64,000 nt of DNA from a virus. Taxonomy: Duplodnaviria; Heunggongvirae; Uroviricota; Caudoviricetes. How positions within the stretch are numbered: position 1 is the stretch's first letter; each line of letters opens with the position of its first letter. The stretch is from IMG/VR virus record IMGVR_UViG_3300046047_000272, one strand, 5' to 3'. Below are positions 10,387 through 21,338 of this stretch, piece after piece. The notes beneath the pieces are model-generated. The model had not been told where the DNA came from. It saw only the letters and a program-made list of their open reading frames with translations, and searched no databases. The position numbers and the translations under genes were made by a program.

Positions 10387-11439
10387 ATGCTCATGAGTAA
10401 GAGGCTATCGAACGCATTACGATTGGTGAATGGTTTTATACCGCCATTGCGTGATACCAGGCTCGTAGGCAAGATCTTTCGTGGATCACAGGACACGGGG
10501 CTTCCCCTCAGCCTCATCATTTCAGGTCTTGCTGGTATGGCGATTACTGGAGGTGTCCTCATTCTCCCATGGATATCCATACCAGGATTAGCGGCCTTGG
10601 GCGTATCGGTTATCGGTGGTGCCCTATCCATGATAGGACGGCTTATCAGCAGTCGTCAAATCCATCGATATTACGATATTCTAGCGTCAATGAAGCAAAA
10701 ATGCTGTTATCTTGAATACGATGCGTGCTTAGCTCATTCTCAACAACATCTAAAGATTCGGTGGTCGTTATCGCGACCATCCTGTCCTCAAGATCTTATA
10801 GACTCAGATCGTGTGGGTTATACTAGAACAGCCATTGGATGGATCATGCTCACAGCTGATACATCAATCAGGCGTCTGCTCATCGGTAATCTTTCGGCAA
10901 GAGGCGTAGCGGAGCTTAGCCGTCCTCAACGCCAGTTTTGGAATCAGGAACAGGATCTAACACTACGTCAACTTATGATCTATGCTGAGATTCGTGATGA
11001 TCATGACGATCTGCATAGCCGATGCTCTTACTTAATGACGGCCGTTAAGGACGCGATTATCGAAGCCATGGACCATGGCGGGAGTACTTTGACGTCATCT
11101 ATGCATCAGGAATCAAATTATCATAATCCAGTGACGTCTATCATTGAGGAGAAGATGATGGCCTGTCAGGAGATCATTCAGGATATCACTTCTTATCATC
11201 TAAATGATGAACAGACCGTCACCATGGACCGTTTATCTGATGAATTGCCCATGATCAGTCATCGTGATTATGATCAGAGCACACTGATGGCCATTGATCA
11301 TCTCTACGATGAGTTAGTATCGTTGAGAGATACGATACACACGATGTATCATGATGTCGACATTATTCATCAGGCGTCATTGGATGTGGAGGCCATCAAA
11401 CATGAATTAGAGTCTTCTCAGACTCAGGTTCCATGCTAG
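10387..11439 (+). CDS. membrane-anchored coiled-coil protein (divergent array member)
   Basis: Basic N-term, TM hairpin, soluble domain, heptad-rich C-term. Confidence 0.75.
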   Translation: MLMSKRLSNALRLVNGFIPPLRDTRLVGKIFRGSQDTGLPLSLIISGLAGMAITGGVLILPWISIPGLAALGVSVIGGALSMIGRLISSRQIHRYYDILASMKQKCCYLEYDACLAHSQQHLKIRWSLSRPSCPQDLIDSDRVGYTRTAIGWIMLTADTSIRRLLIGNLSARGVAELSRPQRQFWNQEQDLTLRQLMIYAEIRDDHDDLHSRCSYLMTAVKDAIIEAMDHGGSTLTSSMHQESNYHNPVTSIIEEKMMACQEIIQDITSYHLNDEQTVTMDRLSDELPMISHRDYDQSTLMAIDHLYDELVSLRDTIHTMYHDVDIIHQASLDVEAIKHELESSQTQVPC

Positions 11440-11472
11440 ATGACGATATGATAACGTGTATACGAGGAGGAT

Positions 11473-12445
11473 ATGGTGACTTGGCCACCATGGCGTCGTA
11501 AGAAGACATCAGATCAACAACCGCTTAGACTTGTTGATGTTGATGACGCTATGAGACGTCATCCATGGCGTTGGATGGCGTCAAGAATATGGTATCGAAT
11601 CACCAGAACACCGATAGGCTATCTTATTGGTAGGACGACAACCGCGTCTTTTCATATGTTCATGTCCAGCTTGCTTACCGGTATATTCATCCTTCTAACT
11701 AACTCAATGGTTCTACATCTTAACACGCCCATCCCGTGGTTACAGCAACTGGCATCCATTCTCATGATCACGCTCCTTCCTCTGCTTGGCTGCATGATCA
11801 TACTAGCATTATGCGGTGTGGCTATTCGAATGACGCCACAGGTCGTCTTCACCACCATCGTCAATGGCCGAAGACTGTATCTCACCACAGTATCCTCTAG
11901 TGAGGATCAACAACCGTCCGCATTACTGAAGGACATGCACCACGAGCAACTGGTGATGATAGACGATGCTTTTCAATCAGGACGAGGACGCTGTCATCGT
12001 ATACTCACCAGACGGGCGCGTTGATCTTACGGATCAGCAGATATACTCATTATATCGTCGTTTCCTCGATCATAGAAGTAAGATCTGCACGATGGGCGTG
12101 AAGTCCATAGAGGTGATGCGCTACCGTGATGGACAATCCCAGGAACAGGAACAAGAAGATAGCGACGTGCTAACTGATTGTCAGAGCATGATTGATCATA
12201 TTCAGTATCTTGCTGATGAGGTGCATTTACCATTGCCGGACGATGTTCTACAGGCTATGACGTCATGTCAGCAGATGCAGCACGATTATGGTTCATATGA
12301 CCAGGCTTATCAAGAGCAGCTGATGGCTTATCGTCAGCAATTAGAGTCCTGTAATGCGGCTTTAGAGGTCGTGGCCAATGATCAGCGTCAGGTAGCTCAA
12401 GCTCAGAACAGGTACAGCATCTTCGTGGTCGGGTGCAGGTATTAA
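11473..12445 (+). pseudogene. membrane-anchored coiled-coil protein split by a +1 frameshift (or sequencing error)
   Basis: ORFs 11473..12024 and 11966..12445 join as ...DDAFNQDEDAVIVYSPDG... if one T is removed from T4 at 11970-11973. Confidence 0.7.
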
Positions 12446-12682
12446 TAGCGTGTGATCAGCAATCAGCATCCGATGATCATTAGTCAGTGTACTGTACATG
12501 CTCATAGCTAGGATTATCGAATATGTAGGCTGATAGCGAAGTTCTGTCGTGAGACCTATGGAAGACTATCTTGTCATAGTCGTATGATCATCATGAATGG
12601 TGGCGTTTCGACACGCTGGGCATAATATGTCCTCAGATGGTGTATGATGATATTAATACATCACGAACGATAGGAAGGCATC

Positions 12683-12967
12683 ATGAATATTGCACCAGTT
12701 GAGAACGATCCATGGTCAGCCAGCAACGTGTTCAGGGGATATGGATTGGTTAGCGTATCCGATACACGAGTCACGAGCATCGTAGCAGCATTCAATGGCC
12801 GAGTCAGAGTATACGATCTTGCCAGCAATCCAGGTGAACGTGCACTGTTCGTGAACACGCTTGATGAGCCATTCTCCGAGGAGCGATTCGAAGAACTCTC
12901 GACGATGTCCGATGATGTGCTCATGAGACTGCCAATCGACGCTGAAACGTTCTCGAAACTGATATAA
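12683..12967 (+). CDS. hypothetical protein
   Basis: 94 aa, AGGAAGG RBS, followed by a hairpin. Confidence 0.65.
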   Translation: MNIAPVENDPWSASNVFRGYGLVSVSDTRVTSIVAAFNGRVRVYDLASNPGERALFVNTLDEPFSEERFEELSTMSDDVLMRLPIDAETFSKLI

Positions 12968-12984
12968 GGCGGAATAATAGACCG

Positions 12985-13018
12985 AGGGCCACCATGACCG
13001 CATGGTCATGGTGGCCCT
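12985..13018. terminator. GC-rich hairpin
   Basis: AGGGCCACCATGACC / GGTCATGGTGGCCCT 15-bp inverted repeat. Confidence 0.65.
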
Positions 13019-13072
13019 AGAGATTGAGTGACTGATGCTGGGTATCATGCGTCATCTGAATGATGATACGTC

Positions 13073-14320
13073 ATGACAAGTTGTGCGTATCGTGATATGA
13101 TGGATGCCATAGGTAAGGCATTACTGACTAGGAGTTGCCATATGAGACTATTAGCGCATTGGTTGCAACGACGATCTGTCACACGAGACAGCGTGTCGAG
13201 TACGACACTGGCCGCTGATGAACGATCTAAGCAGGAGTACGTAGCTTCGGATAAGACGCGGACCTTCGTCATCATGCATCCAAGATTGTTCAGATGGAGT
13301 CGTCTAGCGAGATCATACGTCGTATCTATTGGCTTTGGCTTGACATTGCTGACGATGTCACTGTTAACAGGTTCAGATCCGGTGGTGACCGGCATAGCTT
13401 GTTTATTGCCATTCGTTCCGCTTCCACTGTATATTATTGGTGTGTATGACCGGCCAATAGAATACAACGATGATTATGAACACATCGATATCATGTTCAA
13501 GGTCAACGATCCATTGACAGATCAGCCTACCTCATTCGCCATGGCCATCAGGCCGGAGGCAGAGACGGCGCTGGTCTCCAAGTTAAATGGCTACACTGAT
13601 GATTCCACTGACCATAGATCTAAGGCCATTCGACTGAAGACGACGTTCGAGTCCTGCCAGGGGACTTTTCATCATGAGGGCCTGCATGGATTAGTGTATG
13701 GCCATGCTAAGGATTATGATGCTATTCATCGTATAGTGTCGGACAGGAGGATGAGACGCCAAATCATCAGACATATAGATCATGAGATACAGCGACATGC
13801 GATACAGCAGGACTGGGAGAAAGGATATAACAGATTGTATAGCTCGGATGACGTTCCTCCACATGAGGTAGGCCATCATGCGTCATCAATTGATGCATTA
13901 GATGATGCAGCCGATTGTGCATTATCAAGTAAGGAATTAGATGATGCAGCTGAATCATGCTACCGTTTGCTAGACGATTGTCAACAGAAGATTGAGGAAT
14001 TAGGATTAGACACGACGAATATCAAGGATCTGAATCACACGTTGAATCGTCTGCATGGTCAATCTGATAAATTGGAGTCAGAACACCCAGATCAGAATTC
14101 TGCGCAGGACTTCATCAAGGGTAGCTATATCGTCTATCAACAGAGGATTCGGCGGATACGTCGAGAGTACGATGATCTGAGCACACGATTGAACGCTCTT
14201 CACCATCAGTTGCTCGTCATGACGAGTGACGCTGATCTCGTACGTGATGCGTCAGATCGTATGAGCAATCTTGAGATTCAGATTCAACAAGCGGCCATGA
14301 TGACAGATATGCATCAATGA
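13073..14320 (+). CDS. membrane-anchored coiled-coil protein (divergent array member)
   Basis: RWSRLARS basic motif, two TMs, C-terminal heptads. Confidence 0.75.
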   Translation: MTSCAYRDMMDAIGKALLTRSCHMRLLAHWLQRRSVTRDSVSSTTLAADERSKQEYVASDKTRTFVIMHPRLFRWSRLARSYVVSIGFGLTLLTMSLLTGSDPVVTGIACLLPFVPLPLYIIGVYDRPIEYNDDYEHIDIMFKVNDPLTDQPTSFAMAIRPEAETALVSKLNGYTDDSTDHRSKAIRLKTTFESCQGTFHHEGLHGLVYGHAKDYDAIHRIVSDRRMRRQIIRHIDHEIQRHAIQQDWEKGYNRLYSSDDVPPHEVGHHASSIDALDDAADCALSSKELDDAAESCYRLLDDCQQKIEELGLDTTNIKDLNHTLNRLHGQSDKLESEHPDQNSAQDFIKGSYIVYQQRIRRIRREYDDLSTRLNALHHQLLVMTSDADLVRDASDRMSNLEIQIQQAAMMTDMHQ

Positions 14321-14429
14321 TGGAGACCACATCTAATAGGGAGTATATCATATGAACGATATACCTGATGACGATGCTATCATCACTGCTTAAGATGTAC
14401 TAGCGTGTTTTATCAGACACGATCATGTC

Positions 14430-15416
14430 TTGCAATGGAATCAAGCTCATGGTAGACATAAGATGAGATCGTCAGTCGTCAGATGGCTCATGTATCAGCG
14501 ATGGTTTCGCCGTATCTGCCATGGCATTGACCACTACGAGAAGACCCTATGTTCTCTGATCACCTTCATCGGTGGTTGCATGGGATTTGTGGCTGACGTC
14601 TATCTCGTCCAAGCTCTGAATCATAGCCATATAACTATTAATGATAGTGAATTAGGTGTCCTGATCGTGATGAGCATCATCATGGTAACGTCAATATCAG
14701 CCTTACTAGCGAACATCTTCGTATACCTTCCTCATATCATGAGATCATATCGCACGTCCTGCAGTCTTGCTATGGTCATCAAGCATCATCTCGTGGTGAT
14801 AGAATCATACGATTATCAGGATAACGATCAACGGCAATACGATTTTATGGATAATGGTGATGTTGATCTTCATAAGATATGGTATAGCCTATTGTCACCA
14901 GAGCTTCATCCTGAACGACGGGCATGGAAGTATCGTCATATCACGAATGATGACCGATTCATCATCTCTTCAGATGCTCGGATAGAGGATTTCACGGCCG
15001 AGGAAGAACTTGACTGCATCATGCATATCAAGGAAGCCATTGAGAAGATGATGCATGATTATACATGGCGTGGATGGAGGCCATCGATGAAGCCAGTGTC
15101 TATGAAGACAATGATAACTGACGAGTCGTTGCATCAATTATTAGACACGATTATTGATGACCGCCGCCGTCTTGACGATATGGGCGTTGATGCATCAGCA
15201 CTTGAATCATTATATCAAGATGTGCTCGATCTTCTACAAGGACGAGCATCCTATGACGATGCACGTATGCAATTGCTTAAGGATCGTATTGATGACGAAC
15301 ATCAGCGAATCATGACATGGTACCATGATGTGCAAGCCGTGAATGATCAACGTAAGGATTTGGATATCGTGTCTCATCAATTACAACAGACCAGAATGGA
15401 GGCAATCCATGAGTAA
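14430..15416 (+). CDS. membrane-anchored coiled-coil protein (divergent array member)
   Basis: VRWLMYQRWFRR, two TMs, C-terminal heptads; an RBS-bearing in-frame ATG at 14352 is cut off by TAA at 14391. Confidence 0.75.
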   Translation: MQWNQAHGRHKMRSSVVRWLMYQRWFRRICHGIDHYEKTLCSLITFIGGCMGFVADVYLVQALNHSHITINDSELGVLIVMSIIMVTSISALLANIFVYLPHIMRSYRTSCSLAMVIKHHLVVIESYDYQDNDQRQYDFMDNGDVDLHKIWYSLLSPELHPERRAWKYRHITNDDRFIISSDARIEDFTAEEELDCIMHIKEAIEKMMHDYTWRGWRPSMKPVSMKTMITDESLHQLLDTIIDDRRRLDDMGVDASALESLYQDVLDLLQGRASYDDARMQLLKDRIDDEHQRIMTWYHDVQAVNDQRKDLDIVSHQLQQTRMEAIHE

Positions 15417-16563
15417 ACCTTCATTCATATATCGTTTGATCGACTATGCCCAGCAATGGCTGTCAGAGACATCTAATCATGCTTCTAGGCGCCCGGAAAT
15501 GATTCCTCCTACTCATGCACCGTATGTCCTACGAAAGAACGATATTACGAATATTGATCTTCGGAAGGCTGAGATGGTCTCGCCACCAATTCTACCATCA
15601 TACGGGCGTCTCAGAATGTGGATGATTCGTCGCTCAGCGGCGATAGCCTATGGTGACGAGCATGATAGAGGACGACCTTATGCCGATACTTCTATGAGCC
15701 TCATCGTCATCGTCATCATGTCAGCATTCATCGCTCTACCTAGTATCATGAAGGCTTGTGGAACGACTCCAGAACCATTCGGTATGGCGTTGATCGGCTT
15801 ATCCGTATGCATAGCGATCATGATCATCATCGTCATGGCCATAATACGGCATTATGCCCATCAGGTCAGGAAGACGTGTATGACCATTCGCTACACGATA
15901 CCATCAAGCCCTAATCAGGATAGTATCATTGTCAAAGATGATCATACGCCAATCACGTCATGTCCACAGTTCTTATCACACCCATATCAATTGATCATTG
16001 ACGATGTGTCCAGTTATCGTCAAGCTATCGACGCTGAATTGATACGTGGCTTGATCTCAGTACCAGACGAACCCATTCAGATTCTGTCCTCTGTCGATCT
16101 CAGCGACGTACCCTATACAAAGTATGCTATCATGATTCGAGATTTTGCCAAGATAAGAGCCGAGCAGATTATCCATCCTCAGTCTAAGGCTATGTTCAAT
16201 AGGGGGATAGCCAACAGGATCAATCGTCCTGAGACCAAGAAGATGACATCTGAAGCCATGAGCGTTCGTAATACGATGCGTCATTGTCGTATCGTAATAC
16301 AGCAATGCTATGACCTGCTTGACCAGCTTGGCCTTAAGGATCAATCATGCCTAGCTGTCATGCAAGGATTAGATCGTCTGGTTGAGCGTGATGTAGACAC
16401 CATCGATCCTAGGGGAGCTGAGCAATTATCCATGGCCGTGGATAGTCTATTCCATGAATTGTCGTCGTGGTCTGACGATGTGTCGTCTATCCAGTCTGCT
16501 CGTGGGCATTTTGATGATCTTACGGCAATGCTAGAACATTTGAGGACCTCGACCATATCATGA
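15409..16563 (+). CDS. membrane-anchored coiled-coil protein (divergent array member)
   Basis: GGAGG RBS before ATG 15409 (track start 15343); RLRMWMIRR, two TMs, heptads. Confidence 0.75.
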   Translation: MSKPSFIYRLIDYAQQWLSETSNHASRRPEMIPPTHAPYVLRKNDITNIDLRKAEMVSPPILPSYGRLRMWMIRRSAAIAYGDEHDRGRPYADTSMSLIVIVIMSAFIALPSIMKACGTTPEPFGMALIGLSVCIAIMIIIVMAIIRHYAHQVRKTCMTIRYTIPSSPNQDSIIVKDDHTPITSCPQFLSHPYQLIIDDVSSYRQAIDAELIRGLISVPDEPIQILSSVDLSDVPYTKYAIMIRDFAKIRAEQIIHPQSKAMFNRGIANRINRPETKKMTSEAMSVRNTMRHCRIVIQQCYDLLDQLGLKDQSCLAVMQGLDRLVERDVDTIDPRGAEQLSMAVDSLFHELSSWSDDVSSIQSARGHFDDLTAMLEHLRTSTIS

Positions 16564-17591
16564 GGACCATCATATCAGGACGAGAGGACAATATGCAGGA
16601 ACCGTATCAGACGACGGTGCATGACATCATAGCTCATGACGACGATTATAAGGTCATGCATCTCATCCATCGGACAAGGGGTCTGTATCGATATCGATGG
16701 GCGAGGACGCTTCGATACGCTATTCGGCATTCGAGGGTCTTCGAGTTCATATCGAATCTCTACTATACTATTCCATCTTCGATTATTGGTCGTGTCGGCG
16801 TCATCCATATTGCAGTATTATTCTTATTAGGTTTTCCATTAGCCATGGTATTGGGCATTGCGTTTAATGGCGGGTTCCTGCCATTTTGGATCGTGTTGGC
16901 CATGCTCCTTATGCCCCTTGTCTTCCTATACGATACGACACACGATGATCATATCGTCATGGTCAGAGCATCAAGACGCGATCATGACGCTATTCGTCCA
17001 AGAATCATGATTACATCGGTCAACAGTACTGATAAAGGCTATAGGAACCTGCCATATCAACGATGGATGGGTGTGAACGGTTATTATCGAGCAATCATCT
17101 CTTCAGATTATCCTCTTGACGGCCTTACTGACGATGATATGACAGCAATAATATCATGGTGGCGTGGCCTAACGACCCGAGTGCTCCGTCGTCAAGTGTC
17201 ATCAGATGCATCTATCATCAACATCAAATCGATACCTGACATATCTATGGTTGATTACGAACATGTATCCATTGCCGCGTGCCAATCGCGTATCGTTGAT
17301 TGTAGGATGATCCTTTACCAATTAGGATTAGACGAGACAGTACTTGCACCGATAACTGAAGATCTGAGGCGAATCAAGCGTCACTCGTCTTCAGATGGTC
17401 CGATATCTGCATCTAAGCTTGATGGTCTTGCGGTGATCGTGGATTTGCATCAACGATTAGATCACTTGTATGACACGTTAGTGTCCTTGAATGAAGACGC
17501 GAATAGCGTGATACAGGCATCGGATACGATCGATCAATTCCAACGACGATTAGACACCATACGTGGTGCTGTCATAGCGAGCAAGGCATAG
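16560..17591 (+). CDS. membrane-anchored coiled-coil protein (divergent array member)
   Basis: RYRWARTLR, two TMs, heptads containing LYQLGLD. Confidence 0.75.
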   Translation: MRTIISGREDNMQEPYQTTVHDIIAHDDDYKVMHLIHRTRGLYRYRWARTLRYAIRHSRVFEFISNLYYTIPSSIIGRVGVIHIAVLFLLGFPLAMVLGIAFNGGFLPFWIVLAMLLMPLVFLYDTTHDDHIVMVRASRRDHDAIRPRIMITSVNSTDKGYRNLPYQRWMGVNGYYRAIISSDYPLDGLTDDDMTAIISWWRGLTTRVLRRQVSSDASIINIKSIPDISMVDYEHVSIAACQSRIVDCRMILYQLGLDETVLAPITEDLRRIKRHSSSDGPISASKLDGLAVIVDLHQRLDHLYDTLVSLNEDANSVIQASDTIDQFQRRLDTIRGAVIASKA

Positions 17592-17597
17592 GAGGAC

Positions 17598-18182
17598 ATG
17601 ATGAGTGATCAACAACAGACGACATATTCCTGGAATGAAGCGATGGTCGCATCTAAGACGGATGATACGGCGCATACTGTGGCCAGAGATGACGATCAGG
17701 ATGAACTGACGTCAACACTCACGAGTAAGATGATCCTCATGAGTCTCAGACGGCATATGTATGTTATCTTTGGGCTCATCCTTGCTATCATTGTCGGCAT
17801 CCTCATCGTGACTAGAGGCATGATATGGACCATTGCTCTTACACTGATCATAGTTCTCGGGTTATACGTGATCATGTGGATATGGACATCACATCAGGCT
17901 ATAGCCTATCAACGATCACATGCCGTGATGATGACGCATGATCATTCCATCATCGTTGACACGGACCGTCTGAGGAAGGCTGATGATCTCGCGAGGTTAT
18001 TGCATCGTAAGCGGACTGAGCTGCCGTCATTCCTGTCCATCAATGGTGGATGCAGAATCTACTCAGACCATGAGCTCACCGCCGCTGAGTCGAATGCGAT
18101 CGTCTCGGACATGATCGTCATCGGCTTGCAGGCCATGCATCCATCATCGGTATCGCATCTCCATCCACATAGGCAAGGATAA
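17598..18182 (+). CDS. two-TM membrane protein without coiled-coil tail
   Basis: 194 aa, TM hairpin, GGAGG RBS. Confidence 0.7.
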   Translation: MMSDQQQTTYSWNEAMVASKTDDTAHTVARDDDQDELTSTLTSKMILMSLRRHMYVIFGLILAIIVGILIVTRGMIWTIALTLIIVLGLYVIMWIWTSHQAIAYQRSHAVMMTHDHSIIVDTDRLRKADDLARLLHRKRTELPSFLSINGGCRIYSDHELTAAESNAIVSDMIVIGLQAMHPSSVSHLHPHRQG

Positions 18183-18212
18183 ACGCTCCTCGACGGCCGC
18201 GTCGTAGAGGGG

Positions 18213-18313
18213 AGATCTAGTTAGGCTCAGAACATGAATCTTTACTCGTGTTCTGAGCCTATTCAGATTGGTACTGGCTGGTAAAGCCCTCAGATGATAC
18301 GCTATACTAGATG
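18213..18313 (+). repeat. 101-bp intergenic hairpin element, copy 2
   Basis: Same arms and 3' block as 10179; different loop. Confidence 0.95.
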
Positions 18314-18394
18314 AGTGAATCTCAGCAATTAGACGCGAGATCTATCGTTCTTGTAGATGGCCGATCATTGCCTTCATGATGACGATATGGTATA

Positions 18395-19558
18395 ATGATT
18401 TGTTATTGGACGTATGCTAGAGGAAGGAGTTGGAGAATGCCTGTCATTGATTCAGGTCATCAGGACAATGGACTGAGTGATCTATTTAACGATGAGATCA
18501 AGCATATCAAGATTCTCTCATTCACGGCATCTAAACGTCGTATCCGCGTGATGAAACGGGTCACGAGATTCTTGGACCGTCATCCTAGGTTGCTTCTTCT
18601 GTCGCAGGCTAGTAAGTCGTGTAGTCTCTGGAGTTTTATAGCCATGCTCTTCTTCGCCATGGGATTGATCATTATGAACACCGTGAATTTCATGTCTGAT
18701 AACACGACGCCACTATTTGCCGCATCAAGCCCACTGTCAATAACGACGGCGACGCTACTGATTGCTTCGATCATCGCTAGTTGTAGCATAGGCGTGTTCT
18801 CAGCTCTGAGGGTACGACATGTCAGTCACTTGCAACGGCGTCCTAAGCATGTGATCATGAGTGGTGTCTTTCGTGATCATACCGTGATTATCGCGTCATC
18901 AGATCAGTCGCCTAAGGATATAGCCGAGGCCATGCACATGTCGACTGACGTATTCATGAGTGCGTACGATCGACATGGTCTAACGAATCATCTTGAATGG
19001 TATACGCCAATCAATTGCAGCGAACTCTACAAAGAAGCTACATCAGCCACGCAGAATACAGTGCTTACTGATTATCATGCGGTTATCAAGGATCTTATCG
19101 ATCATAATGGCTATATCATCAATGATGACCCAGCGACTGGTATCGCTGAAGACGAGCCGCTGGCCAGGCAAATGACCAGTCAGATCGACGAGGAGGCCCA
19201 TCAGTTGATATTGGAATGTAGTTATAAGATCAACATGGCCCGCGACCTGTCCCACGACGTCGATATTGATATTACGGAATGGTCGAATGATATGACGAGT
19301 CTGATAACGTCATGGTTACATCTTATGGATAAGCATAATCTGATGTTGAATTACGATAAGCTTATCCAAGAGGTCAAGGACATGCGTCATCAGATTGACG
19401 ATGTGATTACCGTTCTGTCAATTGTGGACGATGACGCTATTGCGTTGAGGGGAGCGAATCATCATTTATCAGCTGTGCAACAATTATGGTCGAGTACGAG
19501 TTGTCCGGATGAACCGCTGAAGACGTCTAATCATCAGCAAGAGGTGAGCAGTATATGA
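18395..19558 (+). CDS. membrane-anchored coiled-coil protein (divergent array member)
   Basis: KRRIRVMKRVTRF, two TMs, heptads; likely start MPVIDSG. Confidence 0.75.
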   Translation: MICYWTYARGRSWRMPVIDSGHQDNGLSDLFNDEIKHIKILSFTASKRRIRVMKRVTRFLDRHPRLLLLSQASKSCSLWSFIAMLFFAMGLIIMNTVNFMSDNTTPLFAASSPLSITTATLLIASIIASCSIGVFSALRVRHVSHLQRRPKHVIMSGVFRDHTVIIASSDQSPKDIAEAMHMSTDVFMSAYDRHGLTNHLEWYTPINCSELYKEATSATQNTVLTDYHAVIKDLIDHNGYIINDDPATGIAEDEPLARQMTSQIDEEAHQLILECSYKINMARDLSHDVDIDITEWSNDMTSLITSWLHLMDKHNLMLNYDKLIQEVKDMRHQIDDVITVLSIVDDDAIALRGANHHLSAVQQLWSSTSCPDEPLKTSNHQQEVSSI

Positions 19559-20091
19559 GACCATTAGACGATGTGATGCATGACTGCTGTCTACATGAGG
19601 AGGCCTATGATCAGATAGTCCGTGACGAGGCGTTAAGCATCACTGATAATGACGATGAGGCTGAATCATACCATCCTATGGGCGTCCTTCTGACGTATCA
19701 GCGGCGGATACGAGTCATCGAACGATTATTAGACATGATGGACTGGATGATGAACCGGTATCAGATGGTGCATGATTATGCTCGAGAATATCACCAGTAC
19801 CAACTGAATACGCGTGGTATACAGACCATGATGGATTACGATATCCGTGAACTTACTGATCATGCCTATGATCAATCACTTGAACGGACCATTGGTTATC
19901 ATGCTGGATTATACGGATCGTACCTTGAGGATATAGAACGATCTATTCATGACGATCTTAGGGACATGCTGGCCATCACATGCTGGAAGCCAAGTCGTAT
20001 TCAGGCATCAACCGCTCGTCTGCATGATCGTCTTACGGTTATAGAATCATGTCAGCATCATCAAGTTCATGAGGTATCATCATGGCGATAA
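19555..20091 (+). CDS. helical hypothetical protein
   Basis: 178 aa, overlaps both neighbours, no TM. Confidence 0.65.
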   Translation: MRPLDDVMHDCCLHEEAYDQIVRDEALSITDNDDEAESYHPMGVLLTYQRRIRVIERLLDMMDWMMNRYQMVHDYAREYHQYQLNTRGIQTMMDYDIRELTDHAYDQSLERTIGYHAGLYGSYLEDIERSIHDDLRDMLAITCWKPSRIQASTARLHDRLTVIESCQHHQVHEVSSWR

Positions 20092-21338
20092 ATCAAGCAT
20101 TTGATCGTATCATACAAGTGTATCGAAACAACGGCCATATCCACGCCTATGATCAGCAGTCTAATAACATGACCATCGTTAAGATTCTTCGTCGACCAGC
20201 TCATAGGCCAACGTTCAAACGTGGATGGTTAGCCAGATTCTGGATACACCATGGCCTGTTGAAGAAGGTATGCAAATCATTCGTATTCATCGGCATTGGT
20301 GGCTTGCTCTATCTCGCGGTCCTACATTTCGCCAATATAATCAGTATAGCCCAGTTACTCATCTACCTCGGAGTCATCGTAGGCGGCGTCGTTATTGAGG
20401 CTTTATTTGGCGTGTATCGTCACGATATACCAATGGATTCAGTTATCGAATTGCCATTGCACGGAGATCACGTCATCATCCAGGCGGCGAAAACGTCAGG
20501 AGATACGATGCCATACGCGTATCATGTCAATTCGCATACGATCATTGACATACCAGTGGTGGCCTCATTATCGTATCCATCCAAGGCGTCTTATCGTTGT
20601 GGCCATTCCGAGGATAAATACGATCTGGAGTATGAGGGATGGTTTCAAGATGAAGACGATGAGTTGAGTAGTATTCATCCAGTCACCATCTATCAGAGTG
20701 GATCTCATCGACATCGAAGTCAGGATCTCGTGAATACGACGATTATCACGCCTAGGGGTCATGCTATACGAGTCATCTTCTCAAGAACGGCATACCTTAC
20801 TGACGATGACGCATCAAAATTAGGTGTCATGATTGATGAAATTCTTGATGATCAGTCATATGATGACGGCCATCATCCAGTGATCCGTACGAAGCATATT
20901 CTTGATAATGATCAGGTAGACGTCCAGATTACCGATCATGGATTGCCCTATCTGTATACATTAGAGCCATCTGAGCTAATCGTCCCGAAGACCGCCGATG
21001 ATCAGTCAGATGAGGAATTGACGATGGATAATATGACGGCCATGCAACAGGAATGCGAGCATCTTATCGCATCTGTGACCAGTCATGCTAATGATTTAGG
21101 ATTAGATATAGAAGACCTCGTTGATCCCATCCGCCAAGTATTACAGGCAGACGGTTACACGAATTTCGATATAGCCAGTAGACAGTCATCGTATAGTCAG
21201 GCCGTACAAGCTTTACGCCGGTTACAGGATCGTCTAGATAGCCTTGACGGGGATCGTCAGGCTATCGCTACAGCTGTTGACCACATGGACGCATACGGTG
21301 ATCATCTTCGAGAGTTATCGGAGATCAGCGAAAGGTGA
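20082..21338 (+). CDS. membrane-anchored coiled-coil protein (divergent array member)
   Basis: KRGWLARFW, two TMs, C-terminal NDLGLD heptads. Confidence 0.75.
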   Translation: MAINQAFDRIIQVYRNNGHIHAYDQQSNNMTIVKILRRPAHRPTFKRGWLARFWIHHGLLKKVCKSFVFIGIGGLLYLAVLHFANIISIAQLLIYLGVIVGGVVIEALFGVYRHDIPMDSVIELPLHGDHVIIQAAKTSGDTMPYAYHVNSHTIIDIPVVASLSYPSKASYRCGHSEDKYDLEYEGWFQDEDDELSSIHPVTIYQSGSHRHRSQDLVNTTIITPRGHAIRVIFSRTAYLTDDDASKLGVMIDEILDDQSYDDGHHPVIRTKHILDNDQVDVQITDHGLPYLYTLEPSELIVPKTADDQSDEELTMDNMTAMQQECEHLIASVTSHANDLGLDIEDLVDPIRQVLQADGYTNFDIASRQSSYSQAVQALRRLQDRLDSLDGDRQAIATAVDHMDAYGDHLRELSEISER

